In this document: piece after piece, positions 19,692 to 29,227 of the stretch | Layout: each line of letters begins with the position of its first letter | Position numbering within the stretch: position 1 is the stretch's first letter | NCBI GenBank assembly: GCA_046704725.1 | Contig: JBJKRI010000007.1 | Span: 1 to 64,000, forward strand | Source of the DNA: Candidatus Woesearchaeota archaeon | GTDB taxonomy: Archaea > Nanobdellota > Nanobdellia > Woesearchaeales > SKIA01 | Direction of reading: 5' to 3' | Length of the DNA stretch: 64,000 nucleotides | Translations under genes and position numbers: made by a program | Notes under the pieces: generated by a model | Databases searched by the model: none | What the model was told of the DNA's origin: nothing | The model's input: the letters and a program-made list of their open reading frames with translations, nothing else

Positions 19692-20240
19692 ATGGCAAAA
19701 TTCGCGGACAGTCTCACGAGGATTCCAGGTGTTTTCGGCCGGAATGGAAAGCAAGGTCGTTACCTGTTCACGGTTCCACACGATTCCACGGTCGACTCAG
19801 GAAACGTATACTCCACGGCTGCGACCTTCGGCGATACGAATGGACATCCGAAGACCGCATCGCGCTTCGAGATTGAGGTGAATGAGAGCGCGTCACGTCT
19901 CAGCGTGAAGATCCGCGGTCCCAGCGACGACAAGGATCTGCGCGATATCCCGCCCGGGCTTGAGCACCAAGTAAGTGAGCTTATCCTCGCATACTCAAGA
20001 CGGAATCCGCTCTTGGGACGGGGTGTGGAGGATGGCCGCATGACATCAGCCTTTATGGTGTGGGATGACTCTCCGCTTATCGACCCCGCATATTTGGACG
20101 GTTCGTATTCGCTTCTCGTCGATTCGGAAGATCCTACGCCCACCCCAAGGAAGGTCATGCAGCTCCTTCCGGAACCAGTGACGGTGCGGAACTACTCCGC
20201 TCTTCTTGCTCAATCCCGTTTGAGATGCACGCATAAATAG
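19692..20240 (+). CDS. Hypothetical protein
   Basis: Long ORF with GGGGG SD-like sequence; atypical codon usage. Confidence 0.55.
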   Translation: MAKFADSLTRIPGVFGRNGKQGRYLFTVPHDSTVDSGNVYSTAATFGDTNGHPKTASRFEIEVNESASRLSVKIRGPSDDKDLRDIPPGLEHQVSELILAYSRRNPLLGRGVEDGRMTSAFMVWDDSPLIDPAYLDGSYSLLVDSEDPTPTPRKVMQLLPEPVTVRNYSALLAQSRLRCTHK

Positions 20241-20261
20241 GAGCGTTCTTCCCCCCACCCC

Positions 20262-20984
20262 ATGGATCACGAGATCCGTCGTGGCATCATCACCAAGCTC
20301 ATCCACGCGCCGCGGCTCTTTTTCAACGAGTTATGGGGTAAGCGGGGCGAGTCCAACGCGTTCGCCTACCATCTCAAGCGGCTCGAGGACGAGGGCATCG
20401 TCGGCCGGTTCGACGACGGCTACGGCCTCACCAGGGAGGGCCGCAAGCTCTCGACCTCCATCGAGGGCGACACGGGCGGCACCGTGCGCTTTCCCATGTG
20501 CGGCGCAGTCATCCTGGCGCGCCGCGGCGATAGGATCCTCGCGCAGCAGCGCCTCAAGCAGCCGTATCGCGGCGTCTGGGGTCTTGTCGCGGGAAAAATC
20601 CCTTTCGGTTGGGATCCCGACGACCGCGCCAAGCGCGATTTCTTCGAGGAGACGGGGTTGGAGTGCGGCGACTTGCGCTTGCGGGCGATCGAGTACATGA
20701 CCTCGGTGGAGGACGGCAAGGTCGTGCATCATCACATCCAGTTCCTCCACGAGACCTGGGATCCTAAAGGAGCGCTCATCGAGCGCACGCACAAGGGCAA
20801 GAACGCGTGGCTGACCCCGAAGGAGTATCATTCATCCGACCGTTTCCCCGGCGAGTGGCTGTTCGACGTGGCGCTCTCCACGGATGATTTCGTCGTGGTG
20901 CGCACCCGTTTGGAGATGGAGGACGGCAGGATCGTCGATCACACCGAGAAGATCATCGAGAGGTATACACATGGAATTGAGTGA
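20262..20984 (+). CDS. wHTH-NUDIX fusion protein
   Basis: SNAFAYHLKRLEDEGIV...YGLTREG; degenerate Nudix box GKIPFGWDPDDRAKRDFFEETGL. Confidence 0.85.
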   Translation: MDHEIRRGIITKLIHAPRLFFNELWGKRGESNAFAYHLKRLEDEGIVGRFDDGYGLTREGRKLSTSIEGDTGGTVRFPMCGAVILARRGDRILAQQRLKQPYRGVWGLVAGKIPFGWDPDDRAKRDFFEETGLECGDLRLRAIEYMTSVEDGKVVHHHIQFLHETWDPKGALIERTHKGKNAWLTPKEYHSSDRFPGEWLFDVALSTDDFVVVRTRLEMEDGRIVDHTEKIIERYTHGIE

Positions 20985-21333
20985 GGCACAGCAGGACGTG
21001 GTGGATTTCAACGAGGAGCGCGACTGGATGAAGGGGGATGTCAAGGATCTCTACCTGAACCTGGTCGAGGAGGTCGGAGAGGCCTGGAACATCGTCAAGT
21101 GGGTCGACAGCAAGACGCAGGAGAAGCTCCTGGCGGAGCACCGCGACGAGATGGAGGATTTCGCCGGCGACGTGCTCTACTTGCTCTTCAAGATCTGCGC
21201 TTTCGCTGGCGTGTCGGCGCAGAAGGGTTTCGATCGGACCATGGCGGAGTACGAGGAGCGCTTCCCCATCGAGAAGGTCAAGGGGCATCACGCCAACCGA
21301 TTGGCCGGCGGGCATGATGGAAAGTACGCTTGA
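20971..21333 (+). CDS. MazG-like NTP pyrophosphohydrolase
   Basis: FNEERDW, LVEEVGE, EDFAGD, YEERFP. Confidence 0.85.
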   Translation: MELSEAQQDVVDFNEERDWMKGDVKDLYLNLVEEVGEAWNIVKWVDSKTQEKLLAEHRDEMEDFAGDVLYLLFKICAFAGVSAQKGFDRTMAEYEERFPIEKVKGHHANRLAGGHDGKYA

Positions 21334-21883
21334 CGCTTCCGAATGGCGGATCGTCGAGCATCCCGGACAGTCCGGCAAGGCCCGCGATGCCTTAGTGGAG
21401 CGCTGGAACGCGGCGTACGGCCCTGCTGGCTGGACGCTGGGTTGGATGTGGGGCGACCTTCTCTTGGATCGTCGTTTCACCCTGCAGCTCTATGAGGACG
21501 CGTACCTCTCGCGTCTCGCTGGCGATCTGAAGACGCTCGACTGGCTCTGCACGTACCAGGACGTCTATGACAACGCGCCGTCCAATGTGCACAGTGGAAT
21601 CGACTATGACATCCAGGAGAATGCGTCGAACCATTATCAGCACATCGCGCTGCGTCGTGCGATGCTCCGGCTCGGCCGGAGTTTCGCGGGCGACCGCTTG
21701 CTCGAGGTCCGCGGGCCCAAGAGCGAGGGAGCGGTCCTAAATCCTGGCGTGGTCCCTTTCCATCTTCCCCGGATGATCGTTCCCGCGGAGCTTCCGGACC
21801 ACAGCGGATGGGGGGAGTGGTGGCGGGGCGGTTCGATAGAGGATTTCTACCAGAGGAACAAGGTATTGCTCGAGCGCCGCTGA
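21314..21883 (+). CDS. Hypothetical protein (conserved-looking)
   Basis: Overlaps MazG stop; W/Y/D-rich motifs YEDAY, DVYDNAPSN, SIEDFYQ. Confidence 0.7.
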   Translation: MMESTLDASEWRIVEHPGQSGKARDALVERWNAAYGPAGWTLGWMWGDLLLDRRFTLQLYEDAYLSRLAGDLKTLDWLCTYQDVYDNAPSNVHSGIDYDIQENASNHYQHIALRRAMLRLGRSFAGDRLLEVRGPKSEGAVLNPGVVPFHLPRMIVPAELPDHSGWGEWWRGGSIEDFYQRNKVLLERR

Positions 21884-21884
21884 G

Positions 21885-22172
21885 TCAGTTCAGCGGGTGG
21901 TCTTTCCCGACGCAATCGTAGGAATGGTCCAGTACCCTTGTGACCGCTTCGGGAAGCGCCGCGGGTCGCCCTCCTCGCTCGCAGACGAGCGTCGCGTACG
22001 TCCGGGCGTGCGCCGCGTCTGCACCGAATTCGAGGCGCGCATGGGCCACTGCCGTACTGTATGTCTCCGGAGTGTTCTCCTCGAGTATCCTGCGCAACTG
22101 TCCGACAGCGGTTGTACCGGCAGGGAGTTCGCCCTCGGTGCTTCGGGAACGCCAGACTGTGATGCCTTCCAT
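21885..22172 (-). CDS. Hypothetical protein
   Basis: MEGITVWRS...; AT-rich box upstream. Confidence 0.4.
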   Translation of the reverse strand: MEGITVWRSRSTEGELPAGTTAVGQLRRILEENTPETYSTAVAHARLEFGADAAHARTYATLVCERGGRPAALPEAVTRVLDHSYDCVGKDHPLN

Positions 22173-22234
22173 ACCTTCAGGACAGACAGGCAATTTATCA
22201 ATGATTCGCTGTCTTGCCCGCAGGATTTCCGGAA

Positions 22235-22741
22235 TCAGAAGAACAGATCCAGCGCATTCTCTATCTCTTCGGGGATGCCGTCGATGCACGGATAGTCCTT
22301 CACGGTCTTCGCGTCCACCCACGCCGCTCCCTGGAAGGCTCCTTTCTCGTACCGCACCGTTCCGGAGCTGTAGCGCGCGGCGAACTTCACGAGCACGACG
22401 GGGATGCCGTCGGGCCGCACGAACGCGACGCTGTTGAGGTATCGCATATCGTCGGTGTCGATCTCGATCCCCGCCTCCTCGCGCGTCTCGCGCGCGAGCA
22501 GGTCCTCGACAGCATCTTGGAAGTCCAGTACATCACCATTGACGCGTGTTGGGTTGTCCAAGGGCAGGTCCTTCCATTCGAGCTTGCCGCCGGGCACGCA
22601 CCAGCGTCCGGGATGGACCTTCTCTTCGTCCGAGCGCTGCAGGATGAGGCACTCGCCGTCCTTGACGACCACGACGTTCGCCACGAAGTAGAAGAGCTTG
22701 TCCGGCTTCGCCCGTCCCGTGGAGATGCTGTCTGCTGGCAT
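22235..22741 (-). CDS. NUDIX hydrolase
   Basis: WCVPGGKLE...LARETREEAGI. Confidence 0.9.
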   Translation of the reverse strand: MPADSISTGRAKPDKLFYFVANVVVVKDGECLILQRSDEEKVHPGRWCVPGGKLEWKDLPLDNPTRVNGDVLDFQDAVEDLLARETREEAGIEIDTDDMRYLNSVAFVRPDGIPVVLVKFAARYSSGTVRYEKGAFQGAAWVDAKTVKDYPCIDGIPEEIENALDLFF

Positions 22742-22781
22742 GAGTGTAGAGCGAGAGAAATAGAATAAAAGAGTAGCGGAA

Positions 22782-23378
22782 CTACCAGTCCTTCCTTCCG
22801 GAGTACAAGAGGTCCTCGTCCACGCGCTTCCAGGCGTGGATCTCCTCTGGTGTGAACCAGATGGATATCTCGTGCTCGGCCTCGTCCACCTCTCCCGATG
22901 CGTGGATGAGGTTCTGCAACGGCCTGTTCAACGCTCCGGACATGCCGTAGGTCTCGAAGCTGTAGTCGCCCCGGATGGTTCCCGGGGCGGATAGCGCCGG
23001 AGCGGTCTCGCCGACCATTTTCCGGACGTGCTTGACAGCATTGTGTCCCTCGAGCACCATGGCAACGATGGGACTGGCTCCGATCATCTCTGCGAGGGCC
23101 TGCTGGATGAGCCTGCCCATCTCCACGGGCGTGATGTTCTTCTTCTTGCCCATGCGTTCCAGATCCTTGAGCGTGCGTCCACCGGAGAGCTCCATCCACT
23201 CCTCGTCCTTCGCGTAGTGCTTGTTCGCGAGGTCCTTGTCGGCGTAGATCATCTTCATAGCCACGATCTTGAGCCCGACGCGCTCGAAGCGCGTGATGAT
23301 CTCTCCGATGAGCCCGCGCTGCACGGCGTCCGGCTTGAGCAGGACGAGCGTCTTCTCCATCAGGTCTTGTCTGCTCAT
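22782..23378 (-). CDS. ndk: Nucleoside diphosphate kinase
   Basis: [27 protein letters not shown]. Confidence 0.97.
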   Translation of the reverse strand: MSRQDLMEKTLVLLKPDAVQRGLIGEIITRFERVGLKIVAMKMIYADKDLANKHYAKDEEWMELSGGRTLKDLERMGKKKNITPVEMGRLIQQALAEMIGASPIVAMVLEGHNAVKHVRKMVGETAPALSAPGTIRGDYSFETYGMSGALNRPLQNLIHASGEVDEAEHEISIWFTPEEIHAWKRVDEDLLYSGRKDW

Positions 23379-23677
23379 TTCTTCGCCTCCTTCTTCGCTG
23401 GAGCCTTCTTCACGGCTTTCTTCGCTTTCTTGGCGGGCTTCTTCGGCGCCGCTTCCTCGTGCGCTTGCTCTGCCTGGTGCTGGGCGATCGCGATGCGCTG
23501 GCCCTTCTCCTTGCGGTACTCTTCGGTCCATGCCGTCGTTCGGGGCTTTCTGCCGAGCTTGAGCATGTTCTTCTCCTCCTTGCGGTTGAGGAAATACAGG
23601 ACCTTGCCGTCTTTTTTGACGTACATCACGCCCGTGCCGGGCGGGATCTCCTTTCCGGAGAAACTGCTCTTGACCAT
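23375..23677 (-). CDS. rpl24e: 50S ribosomal protein L24e (Cys-free variant)
   Basis: [14 protein letters not shown]...RKPRTTAWT; ndk-S28e context. Confidence 0.95.
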   Translation of the reverse strand: MVKSSFSGKEIPPGTGVMYVKKDGKVLYFLNRKEEKNMLKLGRKPRTTAWTEEYRKEKGQRIAIAQHQAEQAHEEAAPKKPAKKAKKAVKKAPAKKEAKK

Positions 23678-23678
23678 C

Positions 23679-23918
23679 TTATCGTCCTCTCCTGCTCAGC
23701 GCGCGCGCCTCGATCTCGGTCTCGCGCAGCATGAGCACGTCGCCGACCTGTACGGGTCCACGCACGTTCCGGCGCAGGATCTTGTTCTTGTCCTCGCCTT
23801 CCAGGACCTTGACGCGGACCTGAATGGCCTCTCCTCGCGTGCCGGTCCGTCCGACGACCTCCTCCACCGAAGCGGGTGTCGCGGGTCCGAAGTTGATGCC
23901 GCCCTTCTCGTCCGCCAT
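23679..23918 (-). CDS. rps28e: 30S ribosomal protein S28e
   Basis: [26 protein letters not shown]. Confidence 0.97.
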   Translation of the reverse strand: MADEKGGINFGPATPASVEEVVGRTGTRGEAIQVRVKVLEGEDKNKILRRNVRGPVQVGDVLMLRETEIEARALSRRGR

Positions 23919-23920
23919 GC

Positions 23921-24277
23921 CTACTTCGCCTCCTCAGCGGCTTTGGGCTTCTCAGCGGGCTTCGTCTGCTCCTTCTTGACCTCTTTTACGAGGTCTTGCG
24001 CGTCCCCGATGTTCACGATCGCGACGCACACGGTGCTGACGGCCAATCCGGCGGCGGCTCCGAGCTCTTCCTTGCTGCCCACGTCCTGCACGCACTGCAC
24101 GCCCTTCTCCTCGCAGAGCACGGGCAGGTGCATGACAAGCTCCTTGGGGTTCACGTCGGACGCGATGGCGACCATCTTGGCCTTGCCGCGCTCGACCGCT
24201 TTCGTGACCTCGTTGACGCCTTTCCTGATCTTTCCGGTCTCTCTGGCGACCTCGATCGCCTGCATGACATTCTCCAT
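23921..24277 (-). CDS. rpl7ae: 50S ribosomal protein L7Ae
   Basis: [24 protein letters not shown]. Confidence 0.97.
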   Translation of the reverse strand: MENVMQAIEVARETGKIRKGVNEVTKAVERGKAKMVAIASDVNPKELVMHLPVLCEEKGVQCVQDVGSKEELGAAAGLAVSTVCVAIVNIGDAQDLVKEVKKEQTKPAEKPKAAEEAK

Positions 24278-24330
24278 GTGTTGTTTTCCTCCGGGACTGC
24301 TCCCGTCATGGGAAACTCGGTGATAATGAG

Positions 24331-24359
24331 CTCCCTCGGCCCGTAGGCCTCATTGGTAG
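24331..24359 (-). promoter_or_regulatory. Kink-turn in rpl7ae 5' leader (autoregulatory site)
   Basis: RNA CUACC-AAU-GA-GGCC-UACG-GGCC-GA-GGGAG: 3-nt bulge, tandem G.A/A.G, cUACGg-capped stem, just downstream of TTAAAA box at ~24381-24386. Confidence 0.8.
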
Positions 24360-24382
24360 TGATGGCGAATCGTCAGAGACTT

Positions 24383-25309
24383 TTAAGCTTGTCGGGCCCG
24401 CGCGTATGCGTCTTCCATCGTCTGGCTGAGCCTTGCCGTCGCTTCGGTCGTTCGGCAGGTAAGTTCGACGATGGGGATTTCGAGGCATTCCTTGAGCAAC
24501 GCAGCGTTCTCCTCGGGAGCGATATGGAGCATGCTGGTCACGATTCCGTCCGGCGTGACGTTGAACATATGAGCCATCGCTCGTTGTGCCCGCAGTGCGT
24601 GCGCACCAATCTCGGCAAGGGAGTAGACGGTTGGAAGCTCGAATTGCGTCGCGCTCCCAGCGTCTTGCAGATTCATACCCGCATCGAGCCTGGCGATCAG
24701 GTTGGTCGTGAAGTCAGGTATTGTCAGTCCACGGAGCGCTTCGATAGAGGTTTGGATGGTGCTTGAATCACCTTCTTGGGAGAATTCGCACAGCATCGCG
24801 TAGGTCTCGATTCCGACCCGTGCCGTCAGGTAGCGCGTGGCAGCGTCCTGTAGATCCCCTTCATGCGCTAGGCAGCTTGCGATATCATCGGAGTGATCGC
24901 CGTTCGCTTTGTAGTCTGGATTATGGGCGTCGTGGTACGCGTGCCCGAGTTCGTGCGCGGCGGTGACGGCGGTCGGCTCACCGAAGAACGTGATCCTTCC
25001 TCGTTCGGAGTTGTACACCCCAAGGATAGCGCCGACGCGCATAGGCACCGGTTCAGAGAAGCCAAGAATCTTTCCCGCGAGTGGAACCTTGCTCGCGAAC
25101 ATCGCATTCTCGTACGTGTAAAACACTCTTTCAGCGCGGACACGCACGCCGACGCGCCGGGGCGGAACGTCAAGCTTCGCTGCGAGTTTCGCGCTCTCTG
25201 CCTTTACTAACCGCATGGCGCGCGGATACTCGCGCAGCGACCAATAGTCGTCCAATAGTCTCCCGACGATGATCGATGATGTCGTGGAAAACTGCTCAAG
25301 AGGCATCAT
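24383..25309 (-). CDS. Hypothetical protein with HExxH zincin motif
   Basis: TAAHELGHAYHD with downstream Glu (GIETYA). Confidence 0.6.
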   Translation of the reverse strand: MMPLEQFSTTSSIIVGRLLDDYWSLREYPRAMRLVKAESAKLAAKLDVPPRRVGVRVRAERVFYTYENAMFASKVPLAGKILGFSEPVPMRVGAILGVYNSERGRITFFGEPTAVTAAHELGHAYHDAHNPDYKANGDHSDDIASCLAHEGDLQDAATRYLTARVGIETYAMLCEFSQEGDSSTIQTSIEALRGLTIPDFTTNLIARLDAGMNLQDAGSATQFELPTVYSLAEIGAHALRAQRAMAHMFNVTPDGIVTSMLHIAPEENAALLKECLEIPIVELTCRTTEATARLSQTMEDAYARARQA

Positions 25310-25412
25310 ATGATAAGAAATTCAGCATCATTTAACTACTTTTCAGTAGGATTTTCATCCGTTGGTTTGAATGACAGAAAAAGCATATAACAAGCGATAG
25401 TCCTTCAATCCT

Positions 25413-25724
25413 ATGGCGCTCATCTCAGTGTATGTGACCTCCCCGAGCATGGAGGAGGCGCGGCGTATCGCCAAGCATCTCTTGGATAAGCGTCTGGTCG
25501 CATGCGCCAACCATTTCCCCATCTCGTCTGATTTCCTCTGGGACGGGAGGCTGCGCTCGGAGGAGGAGGTCGTCTCGCTCCTCAAGACCGTGCCGGAGAA
25601 TTGGGAGCGCGTGCGCGACGAGATCGCGCACATCCATCCCGACAAGGTCCCGTGCATCCTGCGCTACGCTATAGAGGCAAGCGACGGCTACGAGGATTGG
25701 GTGCGCGATTCCACCGACAGCTGA
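25413..25724 (+). CDS. cutA: Divalent-cation tolerance protein CutA
   Basis: YVTSPS.EEARRIAKHLL.KRLVACAN, HPDKVPCI. Confidence 0.93.
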   Translation: MALISVYVTSPSMEEARRIAKHLLDKRLVACANHFPISSDFLWDGRLRSEEEVVSLLKTVPENWERVRDEIAHIHPDKVPCILRYAIEASDGYEDWVRDSTDS

Positions 25725-25733
25725 AATGTCGTT

Positions 25734-26174
25734 CTAGGCGAACCAGCCGAAGACGTGCGCGAGCACGCCCGCGAAGAACACCTTGATGCTCGACGAGAGG
25801 CTCAGCCCGTGCACGGTGATCTCGCCGTCGTTGTAGGCCTTGATGCCGGTGATGTTGCCGTCCTGCATCTGCGTGAGCGTGCAGGCCGTGGTCGTCGCAA
25901 GGTACTCTGGCGTGCGGTTCGTGCTGTTGTCGATGCTGATGTTGCCGTCCGTGACCTCGGCGTACAATATGGTGCCGCTCACGTTGAGCTTGACGACGGT
26001 GTTGGTCCCGACGATGCTGTCCGCCGGCGCGAGCTGGTGGATGTCCATGCCGTTGGCCTGGTCGAGATAGCTCTGCCAGCCCGAGCAATCAGCGGCGTGC
26101 GCGGCTCCCGCGAAGGCGAGGAGCAATACGCTCGTCGTGAGAAGGAATAGCGTGATTGATTTGGTGTTTCTCAT
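25734..26174 (-). CDS. Secreted protein, SCP2-like fold possible
   Basis: Signal peptide; GIKAYNDGEITVHG resembles an SCP2 C-terminus. Confidence 0.55.
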   Translation of the reverse strand: MRNTKSITLFLLTTSVLLLAFAGAAHAADCSGWQSYLDQANGMDIHQLAPADSIVGTNTVVKLNVSGTILYAEVTDGNISIDNSTNRTPEYLATTTACTLTQMQDGNITGIKAYNDGEITVHGLSLSSSIKVFFAGVLAHVFGWFA

Positions 26175-26240
26175 CCTGCGCTGATAGAGCACCCCTTTAT
26201 CCGTCTTATGGTAGAAGAGAAAAAGAAAGGAAAAAGAGGT

Positions 26241-27275
26241 TCAGCCGAGCGTTCCGGTCGCTGACACGTTCACGCCGTTCGTGTTCGCGCCGACAGTGGC
26301 CTGCGCGTCGCTGCCGGAGTTGCCTTCGGATCCGTTCGCGCTCGTGTTCGCGCGGATCATGAGCCCTTCAGAACGGTTCTCGAGCCGCTGCGTAGTCTGG
26401 TTCGCGACCTCCTGCAACTGCTCTTTCGCGCGCTCCGACGCGTTCGCGGTGTGGTTGAGCGCGACGTTGATGCCGAGCGTGGCCGAGCCGTTGAGGCGCG
26501 CTTGGATGTTCTCGAGCTGCGTCCTCAGGCTGTTCGTGAACTCCGCGTCCGTCTCCGCTCGCGCGTTCTTCGCGCGCTCGTTGATGCGTGCGGCGATGTC
26601 GCGTGCAGAGGATTCGAGCGTCGCTTTCAGGCCGGTGCCGTTCTCCAGGCGGTCCTGCAATTCTTGCGCTTGCGCGTCGCTCAGGTTGAGCAGCACCTTC
26701 GCTTTCGTTCTGGCGTGCTCGCTCTTGAGTATCGCGGTCCCGTCCGTCTGCTCGGCCTTCGCGGCGATGTCGGAGAAGACCTGTTCGATGTGCGCGTATT
26801 GCGTCGCGTTCATCGTCGCGTTGTCGCGAGAGAGTATCTCGTCGTGCACCGCGATGACGTGCTGGTAGTGCTGCAGCAGTTGCGTCTGGATCTGCGCGCT
26901 CGTCGTGATGGCGGCCTGCGCTTTGGCGGCGCTGCCGTCGGTCTCAATCGAGTCGATCGCTTTTTGCACGCCGGTCATCGTCTTGTTGTACTCTTTCGCC
27001 GCCACTTCGGCGTCCGCGGTCTTGTTCTCATTGACCATGGCCTGCAGCTCGGCGAGGTGCTCGTCGGCGATCTGCAATCCCACGCTCGCTTTCGCTTGCG
27101 GATTGGTCGCGAAGAACAACCGTATGTTGTTCCATGCGAGCTTGAGCGGGTACAATGCGCTGTCGGGCGTTATCCCCGCATGCACGCTCGCTTGTGCCTG
27201 CGTGCTCGCTGCGAGCGCTCCTGCGGGCACGAGCGCCAGCATGAGCGCGATCGCGAGTGTCTGTCCGATTCTCAT
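26241..27275 (-). CDS. Secreted DUF5667-like helical protein
   Basis: AGITPDSALYPLKLAWNNIRLFF...ADEHLAEL motif. Confidence 0.8.
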   Translation of the reverse strand: MRIGQTLAIALMLALVPAGALAASTQAQASVHAGITPDSALYPLKLAWNNIRLFFATNPQAKASVGLQIADEHLAELQAMVNENKTADAEVAAKEYNKTMTGVQKAIDSIETDGSAAKAQAAITTSAQIQTQLLQHYQHVIAVHDEILSRDNATMNATQYAHIEQVFSDIAAKAEQTDGTAILKSEHARTKAKVLLNLSDAQAQELQDRLENGTGLKATLESSARDIAARINERAKNARAETDAEFTNSLRTQLENIQARLNGSATLGINVALNHTANASERAKEQLQEVANQTTQRLENRSEGLMIRANTSANGSEGNSGSDAQATVGANTNGVNVSATGTLG

Positions 27276-27356
27276 TGTCTTTCCTCCGGGCGCCAGATGC
27301 GCGGCGCCCAGCAGGCAATGGGCGGGCAGCTACTTAGTTTCTCTGCGATACGCGCT

Positions 27357-27382
27357 GAAACAAGGTGAAACAGCCCGAAACA
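27357..27382 (-). promoter_or_regulatory. Three GAAACA direct repeats at 10-bp period upstream of the DUF5667-like gene
   Basis: GAAACA at 27357, 27367, 27377. Confidence 0.6.
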
Positions 27383-27385
27383 GCC

Positions 27386-28171
27386 CTATTTCTTGAGCCG
27401 GATCTTGTTGGTGTTGCCGTAGGGAATCTTCTCGACGACTCCCTTGGCCTCGAGGCTGCGCAGCTTGCGGGAGACCTTCACCTTGCTCATGCCACTCTGC
27501 TGCTGCAGTTCTTTCTGCCAGAGCCCGTCGTGGTGCGCGGTGAGTATCTCGACGAGCTGTTTCTCTTCCTCGAAGAGGTTCTTGGTCAGCTCCTCCGTCC
27601 GCTTCATGAGCCGTCTGGAGAGGATGACGACGAGCACGGCCACCAGCGCGAGCGCTAGTGCTATGGCGACATACCAGCCGGACGCGTTGTCGGGCAGCTG
27701 GTAGGCGATGAAGACCGCTCGCGACGGCTCCAGGTCCTGTTGCTGCCAGCTGAAGATGAGGTGCGTGCCGTCCGTCCTGCTCTGCGTCGGCAGTGGATGC
27801 ACGCTCGGCGCGGGGTCGGTGAGATCCTTCACAAGCGTGGCGTGCGGCGGCAACTCGACCGTGAGCCGCGTGATATTCGCTCGTACCTCCCCGAAATCCA
27901 CGACGAAGTACCGATCCGTCGTGTGCTCGAGCACGCTCGCTGTCGTGTAGCTGACGGTGTGCGGTCCTGCCTGCAGGACCACGGGGCGTGTGCTCGCGTT
28001 GCCGTCCACGAGCAGGCCCGTGGCGTCGTCGGGCACCGGCAACCGCAGCGCTTGCGTCGCGTGCACGCTGAGGTTGACCTGGGCGTGGCTGTCGCTGACG
28101 ACGTAGGTGGCGGTGAGGGTGCTCGCGCTCGCCAATGGTACGAGTAGCAGAGCGATGATGAGCCAGCGCAT
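27386..28171 (-). CDS. Membrane-anchored transcription regulator (extracellular beta domain, TM, C-terminal wHTH)
   Basis: Signal peptide, TM, QKELQQQSGMSKVKVSRKLRSLEAKGVVEKIPYGNTNKI. Confidence 0.85.
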   Translation of the reverse strand: MRWLIIALLLVPLASASTLTATYVVSDSHAQVNLSVHATQALRLPVPDDATGLLVDGNASTRPVVLQAGPHTVSYTTASVLEHTTDRYFVVDFGEVRANITRLTVELPPHATLVKDLTDPAPSVHPLPTQSRTDGTHLIFSWQQQDLEPSRAVFIAYQLPDNASGWYVAIALALALVAVLVVILSRRLMKRTEELTKNLFEEEKQLVEILTAHHDGLWQKELQQQSGMSKVKVSRKLRSLEAKGVVEKIPYGNTNKIRLKK

Positions 28172-28248
28172 GGTTTGCCAGTGCCATACATCCATTTAAG
28201 CTTTCTCGGCACGCACGCTTTATATAGAACGGTGTTCGGCAACACGCC

Positions 28249-29112
28249 ATGCTCACTTACGCGGTCGCTTTTCTCGGTGTCCTCATCGGCACGCTCACCG
28301 ACCTCAAGAAGCGAGAGGTCCCTGATTGGGTGAACTATTCGCTCATCGCGGCCGGCCTGGGCTTCGCGGTGATCGCCGCTGCTTCCACGCAGCGTTGGTT
28401 GGGCCTCGCAGAATCCCTCGCGGGTCTTGTCGCGTGCTTCGTGCTCGGCGCGCTCATGTACTACACCGGACAGTGGGGTGGCGGTGATGCCAAGCTTATC
28501 ATGGGCTTCGGCGCGCTCTTCGGCCTGCCCCTAACCACGGCTGGCTGGTCCGCGCCGCCTTTTCTCGTCGTCTTCCTCGTCGCGACGTTGTTCTCCGGGG
28601 CGGTGTACGGCCTGCTCTGGATGCTCTCGCTCATGGTTATCCGCAGGAAGGATTTCGTCCCCGCTTTCGCAAAGCGCATGCACGATCCTGCCCTGCTCCG
28701 CCTGCGCAAGCTCGTCATCGGTTTCGCCATCATCCTGCTCGTCGCCGGCTTCGTCTTCCCCGGCCCCGGCACGATCGTCCTGCTCGTCCTCGCGGCGATG
28801 ATCTACCTGCTCTTCTACCTCTCCATTGCGGTCAAGGTCGTCGAGAGCGTGTGCTTTGTCAAGGAGGTCCCTATAGGGAAGCTCGTCGAGGGTGATTGGA
28901 TCGTTGGCGAGGTGAGAAAGGATGGCAAGGTCTTGGTGCCCGAGAAGAATCCGGGCCTCACCAAGAAGCAATTGGCCGCTTTGGAGAAGCACAAGGTGAA
29001 GAGCGTGACCGTCAAGGAGGGCATCCCTTTCGTTCCCTCGTTCCTCATCGCTTTTGTCGTCGCGTACGCGTTGATGCCGCTTCTCACATCGTGGCCACTC
29101 CTGCCGATTTGA
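28249..29112 (+). CDS. Prepilin/prearchaellin peptidase (A24, FlaK/PibD-like)
   Basis: TDLKKREVPD, GGGDAKL, IPFVPSF. Confidence 0.92.
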   Translation: MLTYAVAFLGVLIGTLTDLKKREVPDWVNYSLIAAGLGFAVIAAASTQRWLGLAESLAGLVACFVLGALMYYTGQWGGGDAKLIMGFGALFGLPLTTAGWSAPPFLVVFLVATLFSGAVYGLLWMLSLMVIRRKDFVPAFAKRMHDPALLRLRKLVIGFAIILLVAGFVFPGPGTIVLLVLAAMIYLLFYLSIAVKVVESVCFVKEVPIGKLVEGDWIVGEVRKDGKVLVPEKNPGLTKKQLAALEKHKVKSVTVKEGIPFVPSFLIAFVVAYALMPLLTSWPLLPI

Positions 29113-29227
29113 AACCACCATACAGTGGGTAATCACACTACACATTTTTATAGTGGATTGGAATCGCGTAGACGTGGCGAGCAGATATAGCACTCCTGCA
29201 ATTCCAGCAAACCCCACATCCAGGAAC

